A stretch of 64,000 nucleotides of DNA from Antedon mediterranea. Its lineage: Eukaryota; Animalia; Echinodermata. Under the pieces are notes generated by a model. The model saw nothing but the letters and a program-made list of their open reading frames with translations. It made no database searches and was not told the DNA's origin. Location of the stretch: contig NC_092670.1 of assembly GCF_964355755.1 (NCBI RefSeq), forward strand, positions 17,284,795 through 17,348,794, in the 5' to 3' direction. The translations under genes and the position numbers were made by a program. Below are positions 44,992-59,745 of this stretch, in pieces; within the stretch, counting starts at the first letter, position 1, and each line of letters begins with the position of its first letter.

Positions 44992-47900
44992 TTAGTTTCT
45001 CGGATTGTTCGATCTTCGAGACTAAAACAAAAAATAAATTAACAGTGAGTAAACGTTTTGGATAAATTATGAAAATAAGGTCATGTCACTACTCTTACCA
45101 ACATATAAAGTAATAAGATTTACAACAGATAAATATTTGTAAAACATACAGACTCATGTTAAGCACACACACAGGGTTGAAGCCCACTACTGGGTTTAAA
45201 CCCACTGCCAGGTTTATAGTAATGAACAGGTAAAGCGATCTACAGAGGCCATGTACAGAGTTTAGGTTAACTCACTTGAACGAAAAATACCTTAGCAAAT
45301 ATATTGATAAATGCAAGTTTCATGTTTGAATATTACACATTGTGGGTAATAAAACTTATCACAGTGATGACAAGTTATTATGGTGTAAACAAATTAAAAT
45401 GCAAAAAATAATGGAGATTTAGTTTGAGGGCAGTTTACTTACATTTCCACTAGTTTTACGATTTGAATCTTCTTCTTGTCGTTTTTCATAGTGTCCAAAA
45501 TCATCAAAAATTGAAGTTGTATGCTGAAAGTTGTGGATTATCTTCACAACTTGTTTGCCTTTCTCAAGCGGCACTTCTTGAGTGTCACGCGAATTAGTCA
45601 CTGGTTTATTTTCGTTGTTCTCCAAACGAATGTGACGAAGCTGACTATTCGGAACGTCTTTTACATAAATCCACCTAACGTCGAGACGACCTTTCCATTT
45701 GTCCTGCGCCCACACTCCGGTGCTTACATTGTAATCGACAGCCGATAACATTTCTGCGACTCCGCAGAAATGGCCGCTACCGTTAACGCTATACAACAAG
45801 TAAACAGGTCCTTTGCTGGATTGCTGTCTAAAAGCACTGTCCAAGCGACGGTTGCCGTGCTCAGTGCTACACCAAATACTATACTTGATAGAACGATGAA
45901 TATCATCTTCAGAATAGCTCTTAATTATAAAGAAACGAGCGTTCTTTGTGTTCAGACTCAAAGATGGCGGATTGTACTCATTTTTGGCTCGTAATTTCTG
46001 CAAAACCGGACTTACGCCGTCGCCCGTTGGCTGGGCAACTTCGGTCACAGCCGCAGTTGTTGCAGGGTTTGAGCGATTAGCATAGCTCGAGTCTCTAGCT
46101 GGTTGCTGGTTTGCCCCACCCCAACGCTGACTTTGCACCTTAGGGTGTTGGCCTGTTGCCTGTATTTTTTGAGGTCCTGATTGACCCTGAGGGGGTCTAT
46201 GAACCTGAGCCTGTCCTTGTTGTTGCTGCTGTGGTTGTTGGCTTGTTGTCATTTCCTCTGAATTTTGAGAGCTAGTCTTAATGTTTTTTTCATCCCAAGT
46301 ACCGATACTTAAAGTTGTTTGTTTGATGGTGGGCAGTTGGGTTGGAACCGGAGCATGAGCAGCAGATTTTTTGCTTAATTTATTCAGCACAGGTTTAGCC
46401 GGTTTACTAGCAATGGCCGCCCAAGATGTCGGCTTAGCAGGCACAGGAGCTGCAGGCACAGGAGCGCTTGGGGGCGGTATTTGAGAAACCGGTGGAACGA
46501 TCATTGGTTGAGTGACAACACGAACATCCGAGTCCATTTTATCCTGAACAATCGATTTTTCTGCATTTCCAATGCTTAAACCCGAAACACCTTGTTCAAC
46601 AAGCTTCATGCCGTGAGATTTTCCATCTGAAGTGTTCGTACCGTTAAGTTCTTGGTAGGGTCTAAGTTTAGAAACTGCTTGTGGCGATGGATAACGATAG
46701 TCATAATAATGAGCAGTAGGTAGGCTTGCCTGCCCCTGATTAGCTGCACTATTCTCCCATGGTCCAGTGCCAAAGTCCGCATTACCAGGGAAAAAGTTAA
46801 AACCTCCCTGAGTAAGATAAGGAGGGGTAGTTCCTGGTTGGTTGTAATAGCTAGATGAGGTTGTTGTCTCTTGCATGTAACTGGCAGCGCTGTTGTCGTA
46901 TCCATAATTGAAGAAATTCTCTCCACCGGTAGTTGACCAGGGAGTTTCATTGCCGGGCATAGAATAGGGGGCAGTGTTGAACGAGTAAGGGTAGTAGCTT
47001 TGAACAAACGGCTGCTGGTCTGGTGGCAGTCTCACACCTGTATTGTATCCTTGTTGGGCGGGCTGAAAAAAAATTAAATACAATTAGAATACTAATATTA
47101 AAAGCCTTTATAATGTTTATCCAATAAAATTACTCATAGGCACAGTACATACAATATAAAAAAATAATTAAAATTACTTTTCTAGCACTCTTATATTCTG
47201 TATCATGATACATATTCATTTGTAAATATATGAAAATTTATTTTTCAAAAGAAGTTTAAAAATGTATATTTAATGATTGTAGGAAAATACAGTTGACTCC
47301 CCCATTACTGGACTGTTGGAAAACCGATCTTTTCTACCTTGTTAATAACACATTCGGAATACCAGATTTTAAAGTAAAGTTGGGAGAGTTCAATGGTGTC
47401 TGGTATGAAACGAGTTGACTGTACACGCAGTAAAGAAATTGTCATGAATTACTATAGAAAAGGGACAATAGAACTAGTGAACTGTGACCAGGCTGCTGGA
47501 GTGAAATAACAATAGGTACAGTATATTACACATGAATTTAATGACATTTCAATACACGTAGAAGTTAACTGTAAAGAAGTGACAATATAAAACTTTTCAA
47601 TTTTTCTAGGACATTTTCTGGCGTAATTTTGTACTGTAATTGCCTTGTTCACTTTCATACCCATTTTTACTGAATAACAAATTAACAGAGCATTCTGAAC
47701 AGTAAACTAACCCAAAAGTAATATTCTGAGCTACCCCAAAAATGTTCGGCTTCATGAGAGTGGATTCTACAGTTTATCAAATAATATTCTCCATTGTGGC
47801 TTGCTTTTTAAGCTTTATGATGGAGTTCACCGTCTAGTTGTACAATACGGAGCTTTCAGTTTGCGAAGACATTAGGGGTAAAGGTCAGAAAATAACAGGA

Positions 47901-50046
47901 TTTGTAGACATTTGATTAGTGTTTTGTGTAATTGAAGTGACATATATACATTACATAGACTAAAGCAGATAACTTAAATAGAGTACTGTACAAACAATAC
48001 CTGTGCTGGTTGATTATTTTGCATGTAGCGATCTACAAAGTCTTCGTTTTCAATCATCGAATCTTTAGGATTAACTGGGCCATTTTGCACTGAAGAGCAA
48101 AGTAAATACACCATTAGATTGATAGCCTGATTAAATATGGCAAATAAAAACCATACTTAAGTTTCTGGAGCTTTAACCTACTGTACAGGTACGTTCACAC
48201 TATGTCTAGATTCCGGATAAAAAATCCTGAAAATGGAGTGTAGTGCTGTTTAAGACTCATTTTAGATTCCATTGAAACCCCCGAATTTTCACCAGTCACC
48301 CAAACAAATCCAAGATATGGTTCTTAGCTCTACCCAGTGACCTCAGGCCCCTGGTTTAGGAACCCTAAGTTGCACTCAAAGGCTTGAGGTCTTTAGCATT
48401 TTTTGATATATTTTAATTTGAACTCTTTTTTTCTCTAGGCCTTAGTCATTTGTTCAGTATCTAGAGTGAATTTTGTATTATGGATATTTTTAAATTTTAG
48501 GGTAAATATTAAATAATTGTCACATGTGACCTTGTTCTTGTGATATACAGTACCGTAGTTGTCACATGTGCCATACTGTAATGTATTATGGAATTTATCT
48601 ATAGGATACTAGAGAAATTGTAGATAATATGTGGGTACTGTACTGAAAATGCAATGGCATGACTGATGCCATAGAAAATTAGGATAGTTTATTGGCATTA
48701 TATTGATGACATTATATTGATGACAGTTTGGACTTTGATAGTTAGTGTCAACTATCTAAGGGACAATAATGAATCTGGTTAACATAAAATGAACTTGGTT
48801 ATAAATGCTATGATTAAGATCCAGCTGGTACACACATCACATAAAACAACCAGGAAGAGTATTTTACCTGTATTTCTCTGCCCTCGTGATCGCTGCAAAA
48901 ACAATTAAAAAAAAATTCATACATAATTTAAATAAAACAAAATTGGAGAGCTAAAATCAATGTATGAAATACTTTTTGATATCTAAAAAAAAATTGTGGA
49001 TCCACCTCTGCTGCCAAAAAAATTTGGTGAATACAAACAACATGATCCATCTTACAAGTTGAAAGACTAAAACTAAAGCAGAAAACTGCACTTGTATACT
49101 ATTTCCTTGTTTGAATTTTATCTGTTTTTTAATCTTTCTTTTAGTTTCATTGTATATTATAAATAATTTTGTTTATATTTTTCTACAAAAAATGTATTAT
49201 AAAAATTTAACAAAATAATGAAGTCTTTTCCAAAACCATGTAAAAATGGTGATTTAATTTCTGCCAAAATCGTGTTGTTAAATATTACTTGGAAATTAGT
49301 TATTTACTTTGACAAATAAAAAAAATATTTACATGAAAAAAAATGTAATTTAACACAAAAAATAGTCAGTGATTGGAAGTCAATGGGTTTTTTGGTTGTA
49401 TTTTAGTTTATTTTGTGTTTTTATAAGTGAAAACTTTTTTTTTCTATGGCTGCGATTAAAATTGTCAAACCCAAATGGCCTATTCAATTTTTTATTTTAT
49501 TTAATATTAATTAATCTTCATTTTTCATGTTTTTGGAAGATAATAGTTTAAATACATGACATCTTAACTTAAATTACCCCTCCCCCACAAAAAAACCCAA
49601 AATAAATGCTTTTTATTAATTTATGGTTGTAAGAAATATTGGATTGCCCAATGTTTTACAACATTGCCAACTCATGAACATTACATAACATATGCACTAA
49701 TCTACACTACGATTCGCGCCATCTGGCGAAAAACTGGATTCGATGTTGTTGTTGACCAAACGATATTCCATAAAACCGACGAAAATACTTCTTTTTCTTG
49801 CAGTTTTAATTTTGTTGTGACAGATAAGCAGAAAATAATGCGTTCAACACAATAATCTCGATACTGAAAATCAACGAATATTTTCTTGAAATTATAGAAT
49901 CAGCTTTTTTTCTAGCATATTCCTTCGAAGGCCACATTCATTTCTCTCTGTCTACTTTTCAGCAGGGAAGCAATCAAATCAAAGGTTGAGAGAGGCGATA
50001 CTAGCAGCTAGCTACGTCAACATACCTGTTCTACACCAGCAGACAT
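44992..50046 (-). CDS. YTHDF: YTH domain family m6A reader (YTHDF1/2/3 pro-ortholog), ~594 aa
   Basis: Exons (-): 50026-50046 (MSAGVEQ), 48868-48892 (RSRGQRNT), 48001-48089 (VQNGPV), 45443-47062 (P/Q/N-rich region, [18 protein letters not shown] domain [27 protein letters not shown]...GVWAQDKW...NSRDTQEV), 44992-45021 (SRRSNNPRN*). Total 1785 nt. This is the five-exon, large-exon-4 layout typical of YTHDF genes. Candidate AATAAA (-) at 43046-43051. Confidence 0.96.
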
Positions 50047-53000
50047 TGCCCGATAATATAACAATTAATATTAGTTCAAGTATGAAATGTCTTTAAAAAT
50101 CACAAATATAAGTTGCTCAACGATCAATGAAAGTATCAGTTTAAAAATATAAGAGTTTTATATGAGAAAAATCACTTCTGGTTTCCTGTAAATTTTCAGG
50201 AAACGATGTACTACTCACGAAACAATGGCGATGCTTGGACATGCGCTGTTGGAAAGATTAGGTTGCCAGGAAAACATTCTCCCCAATTCTCTACAAATTA
50301 GCAGCAGCTGCAATGCAGATGCAGCAATAACTTTTAGTATTCTGTATTTTCAATTAAATTTAACGGGTGAAATTTTATTCAAATACATAAATAATAAACA
50401 AATAATAATAATGATTTTAAAATAGCTTAGACCACACACGACGTTATATACAACATTCTTACACCGCACTCCTGTCAAATCATTAACGCTCATGAGTGTC
50501 ACGTGGTTTCACACACGATAAGTACGTATGACACGTCGATGCAGTCATAATTGGTTTGCAGCGCAGTGGGGCGAAACAAAATCGGAGTAGGCCTAATAAT
50601 GTTGTCTTGATCATCAGAGAGCAGGGACGGATCCAAGCGCGTTTGGAAAACATTTAAAGTAAAAAAAATGAAGTTTGATTAACCCTCAATAACTCTGACG
50701 TAATATGATTTAGGCAACTTGTACATGTTTTTATTAGAGCGATTTTTTGTGTTATGATAAATTTAGCATGTGGTGACCACATTATTAGTAATTGTTCAAG
50801 GCATTTTTCTCAACTTCTTATTCTAGGCCTATCAGTGTGCACAAGAAGACAGCAAATATAGCACGCGCGTTTAAACATAGAAATGTACGCGCGCGTCAAC
50901 TTGATGACTCTGATATGGTAACGTATGTTCGATATTTGAAAGTAAGGGCCTCTCTTCGTCTGATCATGTCGCTTGCCCTCGGCGGCGCGAATTATATGGT
51001 AAAATGCATGTTCCCCGTGTGCGTGCGCGCCTTTGCCTTATTGGAAAAAACGAGTTTTCTATATTGACTTTGTCTGAATTCTTTCCCTGCATGCTAAATT
51101 AGTCTTGAGTGCGCCCTCTCCCAAAAGATACTGTGTCCTATGTGCGCCGTGTATCTGTGTTATTGTCCAGGAGGCCATCCCACAAATTACACTCGGTCAA
51201 TGTGCAGTCGGCGGTCATCGTGGAATATATTACCATAGGAAATAGTACGGTGTTTACGCGGGACCACAAGCTGGTCCTTTCAGTAGCTCTGAAGTGTTTG
51301 TTTCCCGCGAACGACCATATTAAAAACCCGGATTATTTTATTCAATTCAGCAGACGACGATTACACGATAATGTGAAGATATAATATAAGGATTTCTACA
51401 GCCACTTAAAATCGGTAAGAATATAACTTAAGTTGCAGGTAACAAATTATTCATATAATTCAAATGTAAACAAAATATTTGACACATTAATAATATTATT
51501 TCGTCATAATTACAAGTACGTGGCAGTACAACCTATACAATTTATATATATATATATATATATACAGTTGCATTTTATTTAAGCTATATTCATTTTGTAC
51601 TATACAGCTAGCTGAATTTGTATAATGCAGTGGTGTATAGGGAAAGGACATCTGGCGCATTAAACATTTTGCATAGACGGTATTAAAAACGAAATATTTA
51701 TAGATAATTTTTAAATTATCTATAAATATTATTAATAATATTAATTATTAATACTTTTAAAATTTAATAGGTGTGTGCAGCACAGTGTTAATAATTGTTA
51801 ATAATTTACATGCATAGGATAAAAATCTCTGAAGAGAGGCCTGAGTTCACAATCTTAGTATTCCATGCTTAGCTTTATTGGACACAACACAAAGGCGTAC
51901 GCGCAACGCAATTGAGTTGACCATTTACAAGCGCGCGACAGGTGGCCAGGTTAATCCATCGCTTGTGATTGGTCAAATTTTGCTTTGTGCGCGCGTACGT
52001 ACGTCCCAGTGGCAACCAAAAATGAAGTAGATCTTATCGAAGATGTCATTCAGGAACATACTTATACCTTGATACGACATATGAATTTACCAGCGACAAT
52101 ATATGAAAGACCAACTCGACCCGCGCGTATAAAACACGTTAAACAGCGTCTGAACAGGCGCGCGTAAAACTCTCGTTAAATAACGTCTAAACGGGCACGT
52201 CTTAGGCTTTTTGAAGTCACAAGACACAGCATGGCTTTAATAATACAGTAGTAATGCTTTATAATAATAAAGATTCAATTGTGCTCAAGTATTTCCGTTT
52301 ATTCGGATTTTTTTTTACCAAATAAGACGGAGGCCTGTCATTTCCGATTCAATCGAAAGCCAGTCGAGTCAAAAACGTTATATACAGTTTCTCAGTAATA
52401 TTCTAACCTTGTTCCAGCTCTACTGGCCTAAGTTATGATAATTATTGAAGATTTATTTATATTGAAAAGTGTTTACATCGTAAGAAAATATTACGTAATA
52501 TGTCGGAAAATAAACAAATGATGATGACGGTGATTATGTCACTACTTTAAGTGGTCATCATGATATAACAAACGTTTATGACTTTTAGTGTCAATTATTG
52601 AGAAAGACGAGCCTTGATTTCAAGCAGGACGCAACACAAGGACACAGCGCAATAATAGTCCGAACTGTCATTTGGTCGATTCGCTTGCGTTACGCGTATA
52701 CGCCCTTGTGTTACGTCTCAAGCTTGGTTCCCACTGCATTAGAGACAAAACGCAAAGACGTACGTAACGCAGCGCAAGTGATTTGGCCAATCACATTAAG
52801 TGATGGATTATTCGAACAGTCGCTTGTAATTGCCGTGCGTCTACGTTCTTCTTGCGTTGCGTCTCTAGAGGGGGAAGAACTAAGCTTTAGTGGGAACCAA
52901 GCTTTATACAAGGAAGAACTATTAATTCGTCGATCTTGCAGGCATTGGCAAGGTGTTGCGCCAGTGAGTAAACAAGCTTTATTAAAGTCCGACATTGTTT

Positions 53001-56000
53001 GCTTAGATTAATTGATTGTCTGCATTGTCTATTTGATTAGCGAACGTTCATGTTTGACATTAAACATGTTGTGGTGGAGGTATACGTGGCATTAATATGT
53101 TGTATGAGAGCACGATGATGATCGAGCGTTTTTCGTGGATGCATGTAGGTATGTTTCAGTCAGTCATGTAGCCTGGTTTCAGACGATATATGGTGAATCG
53201 GCAATATACAGACTAGTTTCCAATATACGAGTTTGCATAGTTTCGAAACAGGATCATTGGCGCACGCAGGTATAGTTATCGTGCAGACGATACTGCACCG
53301 CCTCGTACTCATAATGAATGCATCGAGGCGACAAGCTCTTCACATTTGTCTTGTTAAGGAATCCGTTTTGATGATCCAATACATATGCATTGGATCATAA
53401 AAAACGAAATGATTAACAGATGAACTTTTACTTGTCTTAAGTTCTGTCTACTATCAAACTTTATGTGACAAAAAAATGTGCCCATGATATGATGATGTCA
53501 TGTTACTACCATATTTGGGCATATCACTACCATATTTGGGAACATCACACTTGTTTTTGTCAACCTGTGTAGACAGAGCTTAATATGATGGTATAGCAAT
53601 CTGAAGGTTGTCAACAAAATCGATATCAATCCTAATCGGTGATTGCTTGAGCATTATTTCAGTCAAACCACGCTGTGTTAATTTTGTCTAATATTATCTA
53701 ACACAGTCTGCTGTTACTGCTGTTAAAACATTGGCGTCTATTTTAGTTATATCGATCGTGTCATGCCAGAGCAGACAGTTCGATCGGCAACATGTGAACG
53801 CTAGTTTATTTAAGACATGGTCAATATAGCAAGTTAATGTTAAGTAAGAAATGTAAACGTAGTCGCGTGTTGCTCGACGGTATTGGATTTAAGAAAAAGG
53901 GTAAACATACGGTAATGAATTAATTATAATGCTGTTTGGTTTGTAATGATAGGTAGTATTTTAGAGGACATAAGGTTGGTTCCCACTATGGGAACCAAAC
54001 GCGAAGATGGACGCGCAAGCTTGGAAGATCTTCCGTCTATGATGGACCATGGATAAATCCATTGATGGACCAAATTACTTCCGTTTTAGGTACGTCATTG
54101 CGTCCTAGTGGAAACCAAGTTTCGTCTTTCGTGTTTATTGACACAATTACCCTTCCAACGCTGGAGGCCGGGCGTTTTTAGCCCTTTTCGACATGTTTTA
54201 ATGCCTGTTTCCTCTGGGCACTGCTCAGAGAAGACCCCGTAAGTCTTAGGCCTCCTAAGTTTAACTAAGTGAGCGTGCTCATAGCCGTTACGCCACTGCT
54301 CTTGGCATCATCTCCTCCTCCATCATCAGGTCAATTTCTTCTTCTTCATCCTCAGCATGTACCATCATCTCAGCCACAACCATCAAGACTCTTCTCTTCA
54401 TCATCATAATTTTCAGAATTACTAATACTATTAGATATATTGCTACTATCTCCGTTATGTAGTGCAGAAATCAATAACAACAACCATGACTTGCGAACTA
54501 ATCAAGAAGCGCGCGTACAATTACCCTACTACTTCGTTTATAATCAATTTAAAGAATCAATGTCAGTAACAGTATTATTAGTTTAGCATAGTATTTCATA
54601 TTTCGATACACTATATATAGGATGATTCACTTTACCCAAAGCTTAATACATCTCCAATTAATGAAATACACGCCATCGAACTCATGGATAAAATATTTCA
54701 ACTTTAGAGCTATACATTGTTCCCTTAAAAACATTTTTTTTAAACATTTTTCTTTTAATATGCTATTTTAATGTCACATGATTAATTCCCAAAAATATCG
54801 AAAAATCCAAAATTATTTTACCGTAACCGTAATTAAAGAAAAAGATGTGAAACAAAAAGAATGCACTCTGTCTACACTTATCAAACTTGTTTGAAAAAAT
54901 AAAAGTGTGATGTGTCCAAATATGGTAGTGGTATGACATCATCATGTCCATGGGCACATCACATTTGTTTTGTCACATAAAGTTTGATAGTGTAGACAGA
55001 GCTAAGTCATGCGCCAGCATCTATGTTTTTATAAACAACGTTCCCAATTGGTTCAACACTGGTTTTGTAGTAAGTAAGATATGCCACCAGTGCTGTAATT
55101 GGTTGGTTGACTAAACTAAAAGTTGATTACTTGATTACAGACATGAAATGTAGGCCAATTTGATATACCTGTATGTATAAAGTTATATGATCATGTATCA
55201 ATGTTTGTTATGGGGCGCAGTTCGGGACATTAGAGACAGTTACCGTGTGCGTGGAAGTAATTCAATTCGGAATAACAAACAATTCGGTAAAAGATAATAA
55301 CTCTTGAGGTTATCCAGGCAAACTGTAGTAAGTATTGTAATATTTATAATATACAGTAACAGTATATATAAATGTCAGTCTATCTGATGTCATATTAAAG
55401 TGATTATTTATAATTTACAAACTGGATACCATGACACAAAGTGAAGAGTTTTTGGATCTATTTGACATTTATTATCACATCTATAAATAGTTAGATAACT
55501 GATGACGTGTGTGATGATTGTCTCGACAATCATGACTATCAATCAATCAATCAATCGTAAATATAACTAGATATTATAGTAACGACTGCCTTGAATTTAG
55601 GTCAGTGGAAATAAACTGTCATTCTAAATAGACAATGACACACCTGCTTCCGAGCATGATTGATATATCATTGTAATTCATTAAAAAAAAGAAACACAAA
55701 GACGAGACAATAAAAGTATCGAAATATTTTATTTTAAAATAAAATAAGAGTTTTTAAATTAGTTTATTTATTTATATCTGCAAAATTAGTAGGAACTATC
55801 AAGGAAGATTAACTCTTCCCTGGAAATATTATGCAATTTTAAAATTGTTTTGAATTTATCAAGTTATATCAAAATTCAAAAGGCATTACATAAATTAAAT
55901 AAGCAGGAAATTAATAAAAACGGTAAAGGAGTGGAGTTGTGGCTTGGTGGTTATGATGCCTGCCTACCACTCTGGATCACATGTCAGGATTTTTTCTAAG

Positions 56001-58795
56001 GATAAAATTATAACTCCACTCCCAAAGACTTGTAATAAAACTTTGTTTATGTAGAGCATCTTGTGTATACGTTTGTGAACCTCTGAGGATCCCTAATTAT
56101 CAGCAATTGCTGGATGGATCACCCTCATTAAATATAGTTTTTTTAAAAAACAGCCAGCCAGAAAACATAGTCTGTTGGCTATCATATTTTTGTTATATAA
56201 TTAGTATAGTGTGTCACATGATTGCAAGCAGTATGGTCGTAATATACAGCAAAGTACAGCATAATGCTCGCTAATATCACTCATATTTCCCGCCTGTGAT
56301 CAAATTACATGCGTTGCGCGTACGTCCGTGCGTTGTGCACTCAAGGAGAACCGAAGTTTAAATGCGTCCCATACGTAATTCCTTTCACGTTTTTACCTAT
56401 ATCACCTTGTCTCTTGTACAGCAGATATTCAACTTTTTTTTCATCTACGTCAATTACCAAAATAAATCTTCATACAGTTGAAATGAAATTCAAGTCACGA
56501 TGTTTTAAAAATAGAATAATCCATGATAGATTGTCCCTCGCTGGCAGCCATCTTCATTCCCGCCGAGGTGATATTTCATTGCCAATGTCTTCATGTTCCG
56601 AAGATATTTACATCTAAAATAGAGGAGGAATGAATTCATGAATATAATGTATACATTGCAGTCATCATTTCTTTCTAAATATGTCGACTGCAATATAATA
56701 TTTGAGCATTGATGTTTAATGTAATGTAAAGTAGCCTATTTTGTTCGAAATTAAGAAAAAAAATCCAGTAAGATTAACAATACGGAAGATGCTGATATGA
56801 TAATAATAATAAAGACAAAAATAACTTGTATTCGGTATAGGTACAAATTACGTATTCATTTATGTCTAAATGCTGTTTTGCACGCGCGTTAAATTATTGC
56901 TGATACTCGTTTACAACTTTTGTACGCTCGCGTCGACTTTGATGACCAAGTATCACGGCGCGGTTTAGATGTGCTGAGTAATGCAATGTTATATATAGCT
57001 ATATACTTGACAGAATATTGAATATTTTTAAGTAATATTCACTCGCTATTTCAATTTAGAAATCTTCTGACCATTTAGACACAGGTTATACATAATCCAT
57101 ATTAAAGAAGAAAATCAATACTAGATGAATTCATAAACATTATTTAAAAATAACTATAGAATAACTTAGCTAGTATAGTAACACATATTACATGGAAATA
57201 GAATAAAATGCGTTACATTTTGTATCTGGTGGTCAGATTTGTATTACTATACTGTATGTAGTATGGGCAGTGTGGTCTCAAACTGATTTTTAATCATCGA
57301 TATAGTCTAACGTGTTACTTTTTCCGTTCACATCATTCGGGGAATTTATTCGTGTTATAGTTTACTCCCAGGACGCAACACGACGTAAGCGCAACGCACG
57401 CGAGTAGACCAATCACAAGCGATGGATTATTCGAACTGTCATTGTTCAACTCGCTTACGTTGCGGTATGTCCTAGTGGGAACCAAGCTTTAGGATCGATG
57501 ATCCATAGCGTCCTGATTGCTCAAATTACTTGCATTTGCGCTAACGTCCTTGCATTAATTTGCGTCCAAGTGGGACCCAGCCTGATCAATAAACTCCGGA
57601 TACGCAACGACGTCTTAAGTACAATATACACCACCTTGGTATTGAACAAATGATTGACATTCTTGCTATAAATGTATAACTTTAACTGCAAACATCACTA
57701 CTACGATTTTACACAAAAACGATAATACCGCCATTGATTTCAAAATCTATTTATATCGTTGGTTATTGTCATAAGACAATTATCTTTTAGAAGCTAATAC
57801 GCAATTAAATCTAAATTGCTATGCTGGACTAGAGTGTAGCTGGATATCGTGTGTGGTTTCTCTACTAAAGACGCACGAACTATTGTAATAGAAATTAATT
57901 AAACACCAAAAGATATCCTGCTTTGCAATCAGGTTCAACAGGATCTAAATTTAGAATGTTATCAGTAAATCGAAAATTATTGTTTTCAGTAAACTATACA
58001 CACAGATGTATAGATTTAGATATGTGGGGTCAATGTTGATGTCTGTGGGAAGGGTTTTATCGACTAAATAAGAAAACAAATGTTATTTTCATTTGATTTG
58101 ATCATACTATTCGTCTGCCTTTTGCCAATTCACACTGACGTGCGGTGAGCGGAAACGGCGTAGCTTGTCCTCACGTCGTAGAATCTATCCTGAAACACCG
58201 CGCCCCGCGCCCGCTTCGCGTTGTGTGTGTAAAAATGGTCATAAGGAATAACATAGATTCTATATTTTTTTTATCGTTACCGCGGCTCGTCTGTGTAAAT
58301 TAGCCTTTATAAACTCACTACTATACAATTCAAACTTCCCATTTCAATTGTTATGTTTTCATAACTGTTTACAACACTTCGTAAGTTTTCTTTTTTGAAG
58401 ACTTCCAATTTCTACTATTGTTACATTCGCGACCTTCCGATTTTCTTTTCAACATAAATACTAACAATAATAGACAATGTCAGCATGTTTACATTTCATG
58501 AAGGACAAACATTTCAATTCGTATAAACGAAAAAAGGGGAACAAATTTAACACAATAATAATAGTAATATCACTCATGTATATGCTATGGAACGCAAAAT
58601 AGGTCAAAATTATAGAATATGACATAAAATCAATTTATATTTTGTCTGTTTTAACTGTACGTATGTGAGGGAGATTTGATATAGTATTCCGTATGATGGT
58701 TTGCCTGATGATACTGGAAAGATGTGTAGTTCGGACGGTAAAGGCGGGATATAAATCAATAAAAGAGTTGAGTGAGAACTAGGCCTACTGCTAAT

Positions 58796-59070
58796 GTACA
58801 GTCACTGTTAAAGAGTCGAACTCGGATCTAATCGGATCTACACTCGGTTAATGTACACTGTTAAAGAGTCGAACTCGGATCTAATCGGATCTACACTCGG
58901 TTAATGTACACTGTTAAAGAGTCGAACTCGGATCTAATCGGATATACTCGGTTAATGTACACTGTTACATTAAACTCGGATCTTTACTCAGTTAATGTAG
59001 GCCTACACTGTTAAGTCAAACTCGGATATAATCGGTTAATGTGAACTGTACACGTTGAACTCGGATTCAA
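58796..59070. repeat. 53-bp tandem repeat, 3 good and 2-3 degenerate units
   Basis: CACTGTTAAAGAGTCGAACTCGGATCTAATCGGATCTACACTCGGTTAATGTA at 58803, 58856 and 58909. Confidence 0.9.
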
Positions 59071-59745
59071 TTAAAGCATTTTTCTAATTGTTTGATCGCT
59101 TAAAGATTGTTACACTTTTATCATTCAAGGACATTTTGGTAAAATTGATGTTAAATTTAGATCATTTCAGTTAAAAGCACATCAGTGAGTTGTGAAATTA
59201 AGGAGGAATTTAAAATATTTATCGAAGAGAAGATACGTAATTCGAGTACACACATGCGATGATGTGCGTTCGGTTGATCGAAAGTTTGGTTCACACTAGG
59301 ACGTAGGCGTAATGCAAGTAAGTTGACCAATCACAGGCAACAGTTTGGATAACTCATGGCTTGTGATTGGTCAACTTGCGTTGCGCATACGACATTACGT
59401 GGATAACTGAACAATTTGAGGGCACTGGAAAGGGGATGTATCCGTACTCTTTTATACATCATTTTTTAATATGTTTTTATATTCGATTTATGAGTATAAC
59501 AAATTGAATATGTAAAGAAAGAGGACACGAAACTCATTGCGATCTATAGGGAAACAGGCAGTAAGATGAATCGAGTTGAAAATATTAAAAGTAGGGCCAT
59601 ATAAAAAAAAGGGCCTCACAATAGTTGAAATAGTATTTATTTTTAGATTATTTTTAGATGCAAGTGTAATCACGTGATCACTTACAAAGTGTTTTCTAAT
59701 TTTAAAATTTCTACTAATCAGAATACCTTTTTGTATCTTTTCTAA

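Noticed and set aside
51160-51260. U1-like Sm site (AATTTGTGG on the - strand)
   Set aside because: No other U1 or snRNA similarity or stem-loops around it.
54300-54490. Acidic-looking minus-strand coding fragment
   Set aside because: Short frames with stops, low-complexity GAT/GAA sequence, and no usable splice pair or homology.
56395-56620. Exon-like minus-strand segment with a good acceptor at ~56614
   Set aside because: Stops in all three frames and no recognisable protein family; at most a pseudo-exon.
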